Below are positions 24,152 to 36,330 of a stretch of DNA of 64,000 nucleotides, piece by piece. The first letter of the stretch is position 1; each line of letters begins with the position of its first letter. A program made the position numbers and the translations under genes. The stretch covers positions 1-64,000 of the forward strand of contig RSEE01000051.1 in the NCBI GenBank assembly GCA_003971905.1. Direction: 5' to 3'. Below the pieces are notes generated by a model. It had not been told where the DNA came from. It ran no database searches and saw only the letters and a program-made list of their open reading frames with translations. Source of the stretch: Moniliella sp. 'wahieum'. Taxonomy: Eukaryota.

Positions 24152-26288
24152 CTACGAACGTCTACGAACCTCATCTGAACCAGCGCAGCGCCAGAGTAGC
24201 GCCAGCGCGTTCGTCTGGTAGCCAAGCCACGGTTGACGGCTGTGCCATTGAGCCCAGTGCTGGAGGCGGATGAACTTGCATCGTATTTTACCGCTTGGAA
24301 AGACGTGGGAGGGATGGCTTTGGTTGCGAAGCTGGCATGCGGGCCCCAAACAGAGAACGTTAGAAGATCCACGTGGTAGGGAAAGGGCTGAAAGGTGGAG
24401 GACAGAGAGAGACAGAGAGAGGGGAGACGTACCAAATGGCCAGGCATGCCACGGCCAGAACCGCACCAAGTCCAACGGGAGGAACAATATCACGAAGAGT
24501 GGCGGGGCAAACGTTAGGAGGGGAAGCGCCTGGGTAAGTGGTGCCCATCCAGCGAGTCCAGCGTGCGTGGCGGGGGGTGGCGGGGTGGCCATACGCCGCG
24601 GGCCAGGGCAGAGCGACATTCAACAAGCCCGCGCACGCGCCCAAGGCCGCGAGGACCGGGAGAGGCGGCAACAGCTGGGCGGAGCGAAAGCGGTATGCAA
24701 AGCTGGGCTGGTCAGCCGGCGCGGTGGAGCGGAAGAACCAACGAATGTAGGCCAAGCACGCCGTGCCCGCGTGACAGTCGCTGCGATCGCAGCTAGCGTC
24801 AGCGCGGCCGAGGCGTAGCGTGCATGGGCCAAGGCGTCGCCGTCGCCGTCCGAAGTAAAGAGGTGGGTGCGCAGAGTAGGTTCGAGCGCATGCGAGGCGG
24901 CGAGGGTGGCGATGAACGCGCCGCTGCTCACGGCGAGCAGGAGCGAGTAGGAGCGTAGCAGGTGCGGCGAAGCGGTCGCGGTGAGGAAGCCCTCGGCGGA
25001 CCCATTAATGCCCATGACAGGCACGTAGAGCGCATAGACGCCCAGCTGGAACCCTGCGACGCTCGCTGGGTTGCACGCCCATCCCCGGCCAGCCAACATC
25101 CACAGCGCCCACGGCGCCAGGGGGAACCCAAACGTGCAAAAGAAGGCGCCGAGGAGGAGGAGCAAGCGGAGGATGTCAGAGAGCTGCTTTGACGCGCTAT
25201 CGAGCGAAGCCTGGACGGCCGTGACCGTAGCCTTGTCCGTCGCCGTCGCCAGTGCCGGTTCGGCATCGGGCAGCAAGCCACCCAGCTCGCGCGCAAACTG
25301 GATCCGGGCCGCCTCTTCAATAGGAAGAAGAGGAGACGAGCGACGAGGGAGCCGTAGTTGGACGCGAGCGCGTACCCGCCCTGGTCTTCCAGCGACCCGA
25401 GCCGCGCGACGGCCAACTTATCCAGCTCGCCCAGCACGTACTTGAACAGAGCCTGCTGGCTCAGCGCGGCTACCAAGCGCAATCCCGACGGACTGAACAG
25501 GCGTGGCGCGCGCTGGCCAGGCTGCTGCGCATAGCGAGGCACGGCAATCGCCCAGAGACCCCGCCATCCCCTCGCCTGCGCATACGCCGCCACATACACC
25601 ACCAGCACCGTCATGCCCATTGCCGCGCGGCCCAAGCCGTAGGCAACCAAGGCGTACTCGTACCCGTCCCTCGTGTCGCCAATGGGGATGCCCACCCAAC
25701 TCGGCCGCACAATCGACACGAGCACCACGACACAGTTGGCCACCAACGACGCCCCCTCGGCGCGCACACGCAGGGATACGTTGCCCCCGGCCTGGGCGTG
25801 GTTGAAGAGCGTTCGGCCAGCAGCTCCAACACGCCGCCGCCGTAAGGTAGAGGCCGACCGAGGGGCTAGGTAGGGCGACGAGGCGAGCGAGGCCGGGGCG
25901 AGGCGGGTGAGGTACACCCACGCCGCCGCGGGGGCCAAGAGCAGACCGGCGCCGACACTGAGGAAGGAGAGGTTGTGGATCTGCTGCTGTGCGGGCGGGA
26001 GCGCGGGAGAAGCCCGAGGAGGGGAGGAGGAGGAGAGGAGGAGGAGGAGGCAGAGGCAGACGAAGGACGCTCGGCGCGCAGGGTGGCGGCGCGGACGCCT
26101 TCGCGGGCCGCAGACAGGACGACGCCGAGGAGCAGCTCGAGCTGGATCGACGCGGCGCCAAAGACGGCGGGGGAGGTGAGGCGGACGAGGAGCTGGTTGA
26201 GCACAAACGTGCTGAGCCGCGCGGCGAGCTGGAGCTGGACGAGCAGCCGCAGCGCATGGCCCAGCGGCGGCGGCGGCGGCGAAGCCAT
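24152..26288 (-). CDS. RFT1: Man5GlcNAc2-PP-dolichol translocation protein Rft1; 3' end approximate
   Basis: QLAARLSTFVLNQLLVR...IQLELL...REGVRAATLR; QALFKYVLGELDK; QGGYALASNYGSLVARLLF; YVPVMGINGSAEGF. Confidence 0.9.
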
Positions 26289-26916
26289 GGGTGGGGGGCA
26301 AGAGCAACAGCAACAGCACCTCCCGCCGGGCGGCCGCGGGGGGGCTGTGCCACGTCACCCCACCTGCGCTCCCTCTCCCGACTGTGTATCGCCTCGCGTC
26401 CGACGAGCATGCGCGAGGGGCTATGGCGTAGCGCCTACGGGGCGCATGGGCTTCTATCAGCAGACACACACGCCGCTCAGCGCCCATGCGCGCCGGACGA
26501 AGAGGAGAGGAGCGTCTGGGGACGGAGCACGCAGCGGCCACCGGGAGCGCCGAGCAGAGCAGAGCAGAGCAAGCAGGGTGGCCGGGGCGCAGGACGGGCA
26601 TCACCTACGAGTCGGTCTCTGGCGGGCAAGCGTGGACAGGATGGCGATGGAGTAGATCTAGACGGTGGCGGCGGCGTGCCGCGTGCGATGGAGGCAGCGC
26701 GTCTGGTGGGGGCGTGCAGTCCCAGTGAGTGGGATTGGCCTGCCAGACTAAGGCCACCCCAGCCGGTTCCGCTCTGCCGTGCGCCGCACTGGCCCGCTGC
26801 CCGCGCCGCCTTATTCCGCCGGTATTCCGCCCCGCCCATTCCGCCCTCGCCCCGCCCCGATGCGCCCGCGGTCCTTCTTGGGCGCGGCGACGCCCAATAC
26901 CCCCCCACCGCCCCCC

Positions 26917-27506
26917 ATGTTTGCGTCGTCTGCTACGCCGCGCGGCCGAGGCGCTGAGCCCCGCCACGCAGCAGCTGCAGCTGCGTGCGCTGCGCGCGCA
27001 GGTGTTCCAGACCCAGTTCAACCCGTCGGGCGAGCGGTGTGGTCCAAGTACCTGCGCGAGCGGCCTTTGGGCTCCGCCATCCTGCCCTACTATGGCACCC
27101 ACCACCAGTTCCGCAAGACGTGGAACACGTTCACCAGCTACGCCAACACCCAGCGCGACGTGCCCTTTGTCATCCCGCCCGACCAGGACACCACCCCGGC
27201 CCAGGTGCGCGCCGACATGGCCGAATCCTGGCGCCGCCGCCGCATGGCCAAGTTTGGTGGCCTCGGTCTGCGGCCCCACCGAGCCGTACCAGGACAGCGA
27301 GGGTACCTGGCGTATCGAGAACAAGTTTATCTCCGAGCAGGAGCAAACGCGCTGGATCACGCTCGACCGCAAACGTCGTCTGGGCAAAGGCGCTCCCAAA
27401 AAGGGTACGTCGGCCGTAGCCTTCTGCCGCTTGCGTGCGTTGCTGACCGTTTCTGCTTGCCTGTTCCCTCGCCCCAGGTCAGAACGACAAGAAGAAGAAG
27501 AGGTAA
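26917..27506 (+). CDS. RSM27: Mitochondrial small-subunit ribosomal protein mS33/Rsm27; one intron
   Basis: LRALRAQVFQTQFNPSGER.GSKYLRERPLG...RKRRLGKGAPKKG, intron GTACGT...GCTGAC...CAG, then QNDKKKKR*. Confidence 0.85.
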
Positions 27507-27615
27507 ACACACCGCCTCCTGCTTCGGGTTGGCTGGGTCCCTCCCCCAATCTATGTCTGTTCCTCTTGGAACCACCAACGGATGCGAGATGGGTTCGCTG
27601 CTCCGAGATAGAATT

Positions 27616-28150
27616 CTATAAGCGTCCAACGGATCGGGTCTCCCCCGTGGTATGCCTCTCGACTCCTGGACAGTATAGTTGCGCTCCTGGCTCTGCCCCC
27701 CCTCCCTCATCCCTCCCCCTGCCTCCCAGCTGCGTTGGCTCCCGCATGCTGCCGCGACGTCCGTCCTTTGCTGCCAATTCCTCGTCCAGGTCAGATGTAC
27801 GGGTCGGGGGGGCGAGCGCATTCAGTTCGAGGTTCGTTACGGTCGGGCCAGGAGCGGGGGCCCTGTCCAACATGTCGTGGTTATGGGCTAATAGCCGCCA
27901 CTTATTCGCCCAAGGAAAGCGAAGGGGGAACGTCAGCGCGTCGGGGCTACCTCTGGGCTCCGCCTCGGCAGCCCCACTGGCGGCCTCGACACCGTCGTCG
28001 GTGGGGTTACCAGGCCCGGGCCGGTGGTGGCGCTTCGTCCAAAACGTGGTGAGGGCCAAGGCAGGCACGAAGGCAGCAGTGGCAGGTGTGATGGCGGACG
28101 TGGGGTTGAGGTCAGTTGAGTTGGCGTGGGATTGGGTGGTCGGGGCATAG
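27616..28150 (-). CDS. Hypothetical protein
   Basis: Open frame containing PLRFPWANKWRLLAHNHDML; start uncertain; no recognised family. Confidence 0.25.
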
Positions 28151-28361
28151 GGTGTCGAGTGTGGGCAGGGCAGGGAAAGGGGTGTGTGTTTGGTCACTTT
28201 GCCTCCCAGAGCCCCGACGTTCCAAGGTGGTCTTGCACGTCTGCGCTACGTTGCTCCCAATGTCAATGAGGTGTGGGGGCCGGACCCAGCACGGACGCAT
28301 TGCTGTGCGTTCAGCGGCTGGGACTGATTGACGTCGTGAGGCGATGAACAGAAGGCAGTCT

Positions 28362-28420
28362 GGATGCGCTAGCAGGATGCGCTAGCAGGATGCGCTAGCA
28401 GGATACGCTAGCAAGATACG
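28362..28420. repeat. 13-bp tandem repeat (GGATGCGCTAGCA, about 4.5 copies)
   Basis: Read directly; the last copies are degenerate (GATACG). Confidence 0.9.
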
Positions 28421-29042
28421 TCCAACTGAGAGAGGAGAGGCGTTTCGCGCCGCACCGGATTCTGGGCGGTGACGGTGGAGTTGGGTCTGGGCGGATGAGG
28501 TACCATTGGTACTACTAGGCAACCGGCGCACTGGCTACTTATTGAACCCTTCCCTTCCTAAGTTTCCTTAGTTGTATTCTGACCCACAATGATGTCCTTC
28601 CATGCGACGCGACAGCAGACCCATCCATGGATTGCTCGCGCGTTGTCCTGGAGCCTGGACGCAAGAACGAAAGGAAGCAACAGCAGTTCGAACTAAAGAA
28701 TGGGTGTACTAGGGGGCCTTGCGCGCGCGATAACAAGTAACATCTCCTATGAACCATGCATGAACCATGAACCATGCCCACACGGTGACGGACAAATCAA
28801 CAAGTCTCTCGTAAGGGGTCCAAGAGAGAGGCAGCATAGTTTGTCCATTTGCGCTGCCCTCGCGCCACAGCGTCCCATTCGTCTTAGGGTTACTCGATCC
28901 CGGGCTCGCACTCGTCCTCCGCCGCGCACGGTCTACCTTATACGCTTCGCACGACGAGGCGGCAGCGACGGGCCGACGCAGCGGTGCAACCGTCAACGGT
29001 TCAGCGCCCAGCGGCTGCTGGTGATCTTGGCTCCAACGTCAA

Positions 29043-29138
29043 GGCAACGTGCCCGAGTGGTTAAGGGGATTGATTCGAACGCTTATTTGTACCATCAATT
29101 AGGCTTTGCCTGCACAGGTTCGAGTCCTGTCGTTGTCG
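29043..29138 (+). tRNA. tRNA-Ser(CGA) with 14-nt intron
   Basis: Acceptor GGCAACG/CGTTGTC, anticodon stem ATTGA/TCAAT with TT-CGA-A, variable arm AGGC-TTT-GCCT, T-arm ACAGG-TTCGAGT-CCTGT, discriminator G, T-run after. Confidence 0.95.
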
Positions 29139-29643
29139 TTTTGTTCTGGTTTTGCCTCGACGATTTCCAACATCTCTCTTTCTTTGTCTCTGCTCCCCCC
29201 CCGCACGGCGTATCGGTGCCTTGCTACGGGACAACCAAGCGAGCCGAGGCAGTACACCGAGTAGCCAAGGCCCCCCTATGCCTGACTTGAGCGCCTACAG
29301 CATCCTCCCTCCCACGCACCTTGCTGGCATAGATCCCAGCGGCGCAGGACACACCCACTAGTCCGCAAAGCATATACGTATCAACCTGGCGCTCTGTCTG
29401 TCCCGCTCTGGCCCCCCCGCTGCCAGGTGCGCCGACAATCAGCCCCGGACCAGCAAGCGAGGGCGGCAAGGCCAGCACGGCACGTGATCGTAGCAGTGCC
29501 GGGAGTACAGGAGGGCAGGGGCGGGGGAAATAACAAGGAACGTGTGGCAAGCGAGTCCCCCGCACTGCCGTTTGTTCTGCTCGGCTCTGCTCTGCTCTGC
29601 TCTGGCAGGGGCCAGACCCGCAACGGGCGCTGCGCTGATGCGC

Positions 29644-31756
29644 CTAGGACACGGACGCCACCACCTCGGACGCCTTCTCCAGGGCGGAGATCATCTTGAG
29701 CACCTCTTGTCGACGCAGCTTGACTTGGTCCGACTCCTTCAACAGTTCCTCCACCGCGCCCGACGCATACAGTTCCTGCAGCAGCACCGCCTGCATGTTC
29801 TTCTTGGCGTTGTTGACCAGTTCCAGCACGATCGCCTTGGGCACCATGTCGGCCACCGTCTTCTGCACCACCTTAAAGTACGACGTGACCAACAACTTGA
29901 CTGTCTCGAGCTCGATTTGTTCCCGGCTGGTCAGTGTGCCGGACGCCTTGAGGCTCGGCGGCGGCGCGTCGAGCGCAGAAGCCTTTTGCTTGGCCGTCTG
30001 GGACCGGGTGAAGAAACTGCCAAAGAAGCCTCCTTGGTTCTGGTTCTGGTCCTTGTCCGCCTCGTGCGCATGCTGCCGCACTTTTGGCCTCCTTGCTGTT
30101 GGCCGGCGGAGCCGGCGTGGTGGGGTTGTAGCGTTCATTGACAATGGCCAACGCTTGTTGTCCACTAATAAGTCCGGGTGGGCCACGTTGAGGTACGCCG
30201 CTTCGGCCGAGATCAGGTCGCTGACCAGCTTGGTGGGTGGGCGCCATACACTTTTTGAAAAAGACAATGACGACATTATTGAACCGCTCGCGCAGTTGCG
30301 GGAAGCGGCGGAACGCCTGGTTTTTCGCCAACAGTTGCGACAGGATCCGAACCAGCTCTTCGAACACCAACTGGGCGCATTTCAAACTCGGTTCTTCCAG
30401 TCGCTTGATCTGCTGCTTTACAATCACCTCAAACGCCGTCGTGCCACAAAAAGCGAAGGCGTGGAACCGGCCGAGTTGTACAGGATGGTGCGAATGTCCG
30501 TGTCCTTGACCGAGTCAAACGGGTCGAGGGCATTGACACCATTGTTGAACAGTTCGTGGAAGACAAACGAGATGCGTGCACCGCCAGCCAGCTCGGTGAC
30601 CGACAAGTCGTTCGAATTGCCATCAATCACCGTGCGGAACTCGTTGGTAAACTCGGTAATGATGGTCAGAATCACATTGGACGGGTTTTGCTCCCCCAAA
30701 GCGCCGCCCAACGACTGCAGCTCGCCTTGGAATTTGACCAGTTGCTGGCCAATTTTGGTCTTAATGTCGGGCAGGGTGGAGCGGATGTGGTGCATGAGAA
30801 TGGTGGTCAAACGACGGGCAAGGTAGGGAGTTCCGCAATACTTGGCCTTGGGCCGGTAGGACGGGTGCGACATGAAGAACTCCTTCTGCCTCCAACGCCG
30901 CCTTGACCTTCTTGCGCGAGTCAATGTCGCGTTGGCCGCGATTGACCACGGGGACGTAGCCGAGGCGGAGATGGATGACCTTGCCGGCCAGAATGTCGAC
31001 CACGTCGGTGCCAGCGTCCATCAAGTCCACCTTGGTCAGCACGCCGATCGTGCGCAACCCCTCTGGGTCCACCTCACGGGCCAGCTTGAGTCCGTCCGAG
31101 TTGGCCAGATCCGTGTTGGCCGCCGTGACAGCGAGGATGACGGCGTTGGGGCGGGAAATGTACTTGTACACCATATCGCGGATCAGGCGCTCAATGTCCT
31201 TGGGCTGGTCCCCGACCGGCACCTTGGTCAGGCCGGGAAGATCAACAAGGGTGAGGGTGAGAACATGGGGCGAGTAAATGCGCAGGTTGATGGGGCGGGG
31301 CGAGATGGCGACGCCCTTGCCTGTCTCGAGTTCGGTCTGGCGGACAATCTCTTGGCGGATCTTGTTAAAGTCGTAGAACTTTTCACCGCGCAGGTCCAAA
31401 AACTCGCCCCACTCGTCGGGGCTCAACTCGGGATCGGCGTCGGCGCCAAAGACCTCTTCGCGGGTCTTGCCCGACGCAGGCTGGTTGATGAGCTGGAGCA
31501 CGAGCGGGCGGCGGGTAACAATGCCCGTGCCACGCGGGAGAAAGTCGCGGCCAACAATGTTCTCGAGCACACTCGACTTGCCGGACGACTGGCTGCCGAG
31601 GACGGTGATCTGGGGCAGATCAATGGGGTTCTGGATGCCAACGCTGGTGAAGGCGTCCTGGAGCTTGTTGACAAGCTCTGGTGGGGGGGGGGGGTTAGTG
31701 GGCGAAGGCAGGGAGGGCAGGAGAGACGTACGGATGAGCGACTGGTCCATGCTCAT
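29644..31756 (-). CDS. VPS1: Dynamin-like GTPase Vps1; one 5' intron, frameshifts
   Basis: MSMDQSLI, intron, [11 protein letters not shown]-loop [57 protein letters not shown]...DMVPKAI. Confidence 0.95.
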
Positions 31757-32240
31757 GCTGGGCAACTACAACAACCGCGGGGGCGATGGCGACGGCGATG
31801 GCGATGGCGGTGGCGATGGTGCTGGTGCTGGTGCTGGTGCTGGCGATGGCGGCGGAATGGCAGCGTGGCGACGGCTGGATGGCGGCCAGACAGACTGGCG
31901 ACGCGCCCAGCGAGCGAGCTGCGATTGCTGCGACGCACCCAAGCGGCATCCACCGCCACACGGCCCGCCTGCCCCGCTCCAGCGCAGTGTCGCGCCGCTT
32001 ACTTACGTCACCACGTCACCTGCGTCACACAGAGCCACGTCACCGCTGCGGTCGCCGGGGGGGGTCACCTGACCGGTGGCCTGTGTGGCACTGTGACATG
32101 TGACAGGTAGTGCCGCATGCTTAGCTCATAACCATCTCATCTGGGTCACGTGGTGCACCTTGTGTTGGTCTGCCAGCAACCGAGGCCTAACCGACGCTAT
32201 TAGAGCGGACAATACACACACATACTTGACGCCAGACGCG

Positions 32241-34270
32241 CTATGCGCTGCCCAGGAGCGCATTGTCCAGGAGGAAGGACCTGCTCATGGCGCGTGCCAG
32301 CGCAAAGCGCACCACCTCCAGCCGCTGCCGCGCACTGCCAGCTGCGCGTCCGTCGCTGCGTCGCCTGCGCTCTGCCCCAGCCGCGCAAGACGCGTCAGGT
32401 AGTGCTTGGCGCCCAGCGGGTCGCATCCGCCTCCGACACGACCTGCTCAAGTAGCCCAGCAGGCTCGCCAGGTCCCCGCCTGGGAACAGCGTGTCCTCGT
32501 GTTATCCGCACACACATACACGTCAGTCCATCGCTCTTGCCGTCGGCCGCAACAACGTACCTTCCAGCAGGGGGATCGCATCGATCAGCAGCACCGCCCA
32601 GAACGCTTCCGGCGCCCGGGCGGCAAACGCAAGGACCAGCGCGCGCGCCGCGCCAGCTCGTCGCCCTGTGCGACCAAGCGGTGAAAGTCGCGGTACGCAC
32701 CGAGGAACGCCAAGCGGTGAGCGTACTGCGCATTGGCTTCCCCGCCCGCACCGGGCAGGAGCCAGGTCTGTGGGAACTGGTCCACGAGGGGAGAGAAAGG
32801 CAGCCGCGCCCGACGCGCCGTACACGTCCAACATCTTATCCACCACCACGCGGATCAACGTTGCGTTGCCTGCGCGCACACTGTATGGCACCGCCTGGCC
32901 ATACTCGCCCTTAGCCACCAACGCGTCCGCCACGCCTTGGCAAATGGCGCGCGATTCCTCGATCATTTGGAACTCGAGACAAGCACGCAGCAGCTCGTCG
33001 ACACGTTTGAATCGGTCGCGCTCCTCGTCTGCCTCGCCTGCTGCGTCGAGCTGCATGGCGTCCGAGGCCGAAGCGCCGGCAGGCGCAATGTCGTAGGGAC
33101 AGAAAGCACGATTTCCCGCATCCGTTTCCTGCCTTGTTCCCCGGTCGAAGCGAGGTACGCAACTGCGATCCGCCACAGTCCCTGGTCCTCCATCACCGTC
33201 GTGGCATACGTGTCGATGGCGGAGAGCAGGAGCTCGCGGGCGCCGACATCGCGCTGGTCCAGCACGCCAGCACGACCGAGCAGGTCAATCAGGTGCACGG
33301 CCAGCCAAGGATCAATTTCCCTTGTTACCTGTGCGCCTTGGAGCGCGTCGGAGCGAGCAAACGAAGTGAGGCAACGTTCCACCGGGTCGGTCGGGTCGAA
33401 CGGGAAGCGATCCAATACCAGCCCACGACTTCCGGTACATCGCTCCGCTTCATGGTGGGGGTGCACGTACAGCCCCCACGCACCCAACGCGTCCCTCCAG
33501 TCATGGGAGGCTTCCAGGATACGTTCCTGGTTGCCCAGCAGCAGGATTTGGAGGAGACACCCCAAGCTGCCTCGTACTCCACCGCTCGTCCGCGTCCATC
33601 TGCACCTCCACTTCGAGCTGGTCCAAGGTGGACTCGAGTTTGGCCAGGTGGGTGGCCACTTTGCTGCTCCCGCCTTGCGTGGACCGAAAAACTCAGCCTC
33701 GATGGCAAACGGGTGGAGCGGGGCATGGCGAGCAAGGAGACCAATGGAGCGGTGATGTAGGCGCGGAAGGAAGCGGAAGGGTGGGTGTCAAACTATGAGC
33801 GCGCAATCGCGGCCTGGTCTAGGCGCGCAAGACACATTGGAAGAGGTAGTCCCAGTACATGGGCTGGCTTCCCGGGTTGGCCACATCGGCTAACGCGGTT
33901 GCGTTCGGCATTGGTCGGGCGGGGTCGTAGACGTTGAGCCAGCGCAGCAACTCTTAGCCTACCACGCCGGTGCGAGCCCGTCGGCGGGGAGGTAGAGCAG
34001 GTGGACCAGCGCGAGGGTTTCGGAAATGCGGAAGGGGACGTGGGACTGGTCGGCGGGGAGGGTGTGGCGGTAGTCGTCGAGGGCGGTGCGATAGAGACTG
34101 AGGATGCGGTGGTGGTAGCGCTGCTCCACCTCGACGCCAGGGCCGTCGGGCGGGAGCGGGGTGGTCTGGTCGATGCGCTGGAGGCCAGTGAAGATGCTGT
34201 CGCTGGTGGAGAGCAGCGCGAGCATGGCGGGCGTGGTCCAGTCGCCGACGAACATGCCGGGCGAAGCCAT
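32241..34270 (-). CDS. NUP85: Nucleoporin Nup85; frameshifted
   Basis: LLRWLN, DWRDALGAWGLYVHP, DPWLAVHLIDLL, LWRIAVAYLAS, C-terminal RLEVVRFALARAMSR match my recollection of fungal Nup85. Confidence 0.75.
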
Positions 34271-35788
34271 GGCGGCAGACGGGCGGAGCGGAGCGCAGAC
34301 GATGTAGACGATGGCTGGGCAGACGCGCCGAGCGTTGTTCCAGCCGGGGCTAAGAGCAGGCCAAAAACACCCACTGGCGGTAGCGCCTGCTTCCGCCCGC
34401 CAATTCGCCGGGGGCCATCGCCTGCTGGGGTGTGAAATTTCATGACGCATTGACAGCCGCAGACAGAAAGAAGAGCATCACCGGTCACCGGTGACCAGCC
34501 TCCCCGAAACGATTCGCAGCACTTTTTCCAGCCCAACCTAGCCGGCTCGCTTGGTCCGTCGGGGTGCTGGGATCCAGCCCTCTCGAACTTCGTTCGCCGA
34601 AAGGGCGTAGTCGCGCTCAAAGAGTAAATGATCAATTGTCTTTACCCCCCGGCACTGTCGATGCTGTCCTGTCGCTCCCGCTGCCGGACCGGGATGACTT
34701 TCTGGCCCAAGCCCTGCTTCCCTCTCCGCCCCCCTATTATTGCCAACATAGTAGACGCACGTTCTCCCTTCCCGACCCTATCTTTCTGGCGCCACAAGCG
34801 GACAACGTCGACGATGATGTACACTCGTCGCGCCAATTGCGGCAACACCGCCACCAACAAAACCATGAGCAACCACAACCACAACCACAGCCACCCCCAC
34901 AGCAACAACACGAATCATCACCGCCCCTTCTTCCTACTTGCCCCAATGGCTCAAGTCGCGACTGTCGCAACGGAACCAGCGCCGCCGTCAATGAGGCTGG
35001 ACCGCCTCCAATCCTTTCACGCAAGGCCGGGCTCTCATGAGAGTCCTAACTCAACTTGTCATTGCGAAAGCGGTTCCTCTGCTGGAGAATGAAGAGCCAG
35101 CGAGGCCAAGACGACGGCACGATGTTGTATAATGTGGGCGGGTGCAGCTGACGCCCCTCCGCAGCTGGAAAGGAAGCCGTGTACAAATTCAATGAGAAAC
35201 CGGGCTGTGGTGCTTCTCTCAACTGGGCAATGCTTCTTCTTTTATCTTTTCTTTTCTTTCTTGTCTTCTTTTCTTCTTTTCTTGTCAAGGGGTAAGACCA
35301 CCACGAGACTGACAAGAGCACAGCACACTATGTATAATGTTGGAAATCGAGTCTCTCTACCCCTAAGCGCAATTCACCAAGAAGACACACCCCCGAGACA
35401 CTTTCCCCGAATCTTGCATTGACACATGTCGCGCTAGTAGCCCTGGTCTCCTTCTGCACCATGTAAAGCCGTACCCGTCGGGGCGCTGCATGGAAGAGCC
35501 ATGTCCTATCAAAGAATAGAGCAATCCGCACGGGATAGATATGCAGGATCAGTGGACTTTGAACCGTCGGAGCAGCTTTTGTTCGAGTCAACCAGCCTTG
35601 ACATCGCGACGTCACCAGGTTGCCGCTGGATCCTTGCTCCATTCACATCGGGCCCAAGTGGCCCCGATTTGGAGAGAGATCTGAGAAGACAGATGATGCA
35701 TGACGGTGCCATCCGGCCTAGGCCGGGGCCCTTTGGAATACGATGCAGGTCGAACCAAAACGGACGGATGTTGCGTCCTGCGCAGCTT

Positions 35789-35962
35789 CTACACCCCAAG
35801 GGGGATGAGCACGACGGCCGACGGCTCGTTTAACCCAAGTAGTTCGTCGGGCTCATGAAAGCCCAAAATCGCCATCCGGTTCACACCGCTTTCAATGTAG
35901 CCCCGGGCGATCGCTCTGCCAATCCCGCGAGCTGCACCGGTCAGCAGCGCCGACTTGCCCAT
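35789..35962 (-). pseudogene. N-terminal fragment of a short-chain dehydrogenase/reductase (Rossmann motif only)
   Basis: 57-aa ORF absent from the supplied track: MGKSALLTGAARGIGRAIARGYIESGVNRMAILG (TGxxxGIG). No NNAG or YxxxK found downstream. Confidence 0.55.
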
Positions 35963-36330
35963 CAGCCAACTTCATCCATGCACACTCTTGTGCCGCAGTG
36001 TAGGATTGGGGAAGGGGAAGGGGAGGGGGGTTAAGGGCAGCTGGATATTGTTGTGCAAGTGTCATGTAGTGGTTACCCTGGCATCCTACGAACGCATCCC
36101 TTTCGTCTGCCTAACCGTTCGTCTCTGGCCGCAGATACGACGACGTCGGGGGCGGAGACGCTGGCTGTCGTCTTACACGCTATCGACATTCAATATTCAG
36201 CTCTGATCCAACCTAATGGGGAGAAAAGGTCATGAGTAACCAACAGCAAGAGTCACTGATTGGGGTGTGCGAGAAGAACGGGGACAAAGACAAGAAGAAG
36301 TAGCGGGAAAAAGACGAGAATACACGCTAC

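Noticed and set aside
28362..28420. Short direct repeats as a possible CRISPR array
   Set aside because: Head-to-tail repeats with no spacers, no cas genes, eukaryotic context.
29696..32110. Long + strand ORFs (376 and 412 aa) opposite VPS1, and similar antisense ORFs elsewhere
   Set aside because: Shadow ORFs caused by high GC3 in the real genes; no protein motifs.
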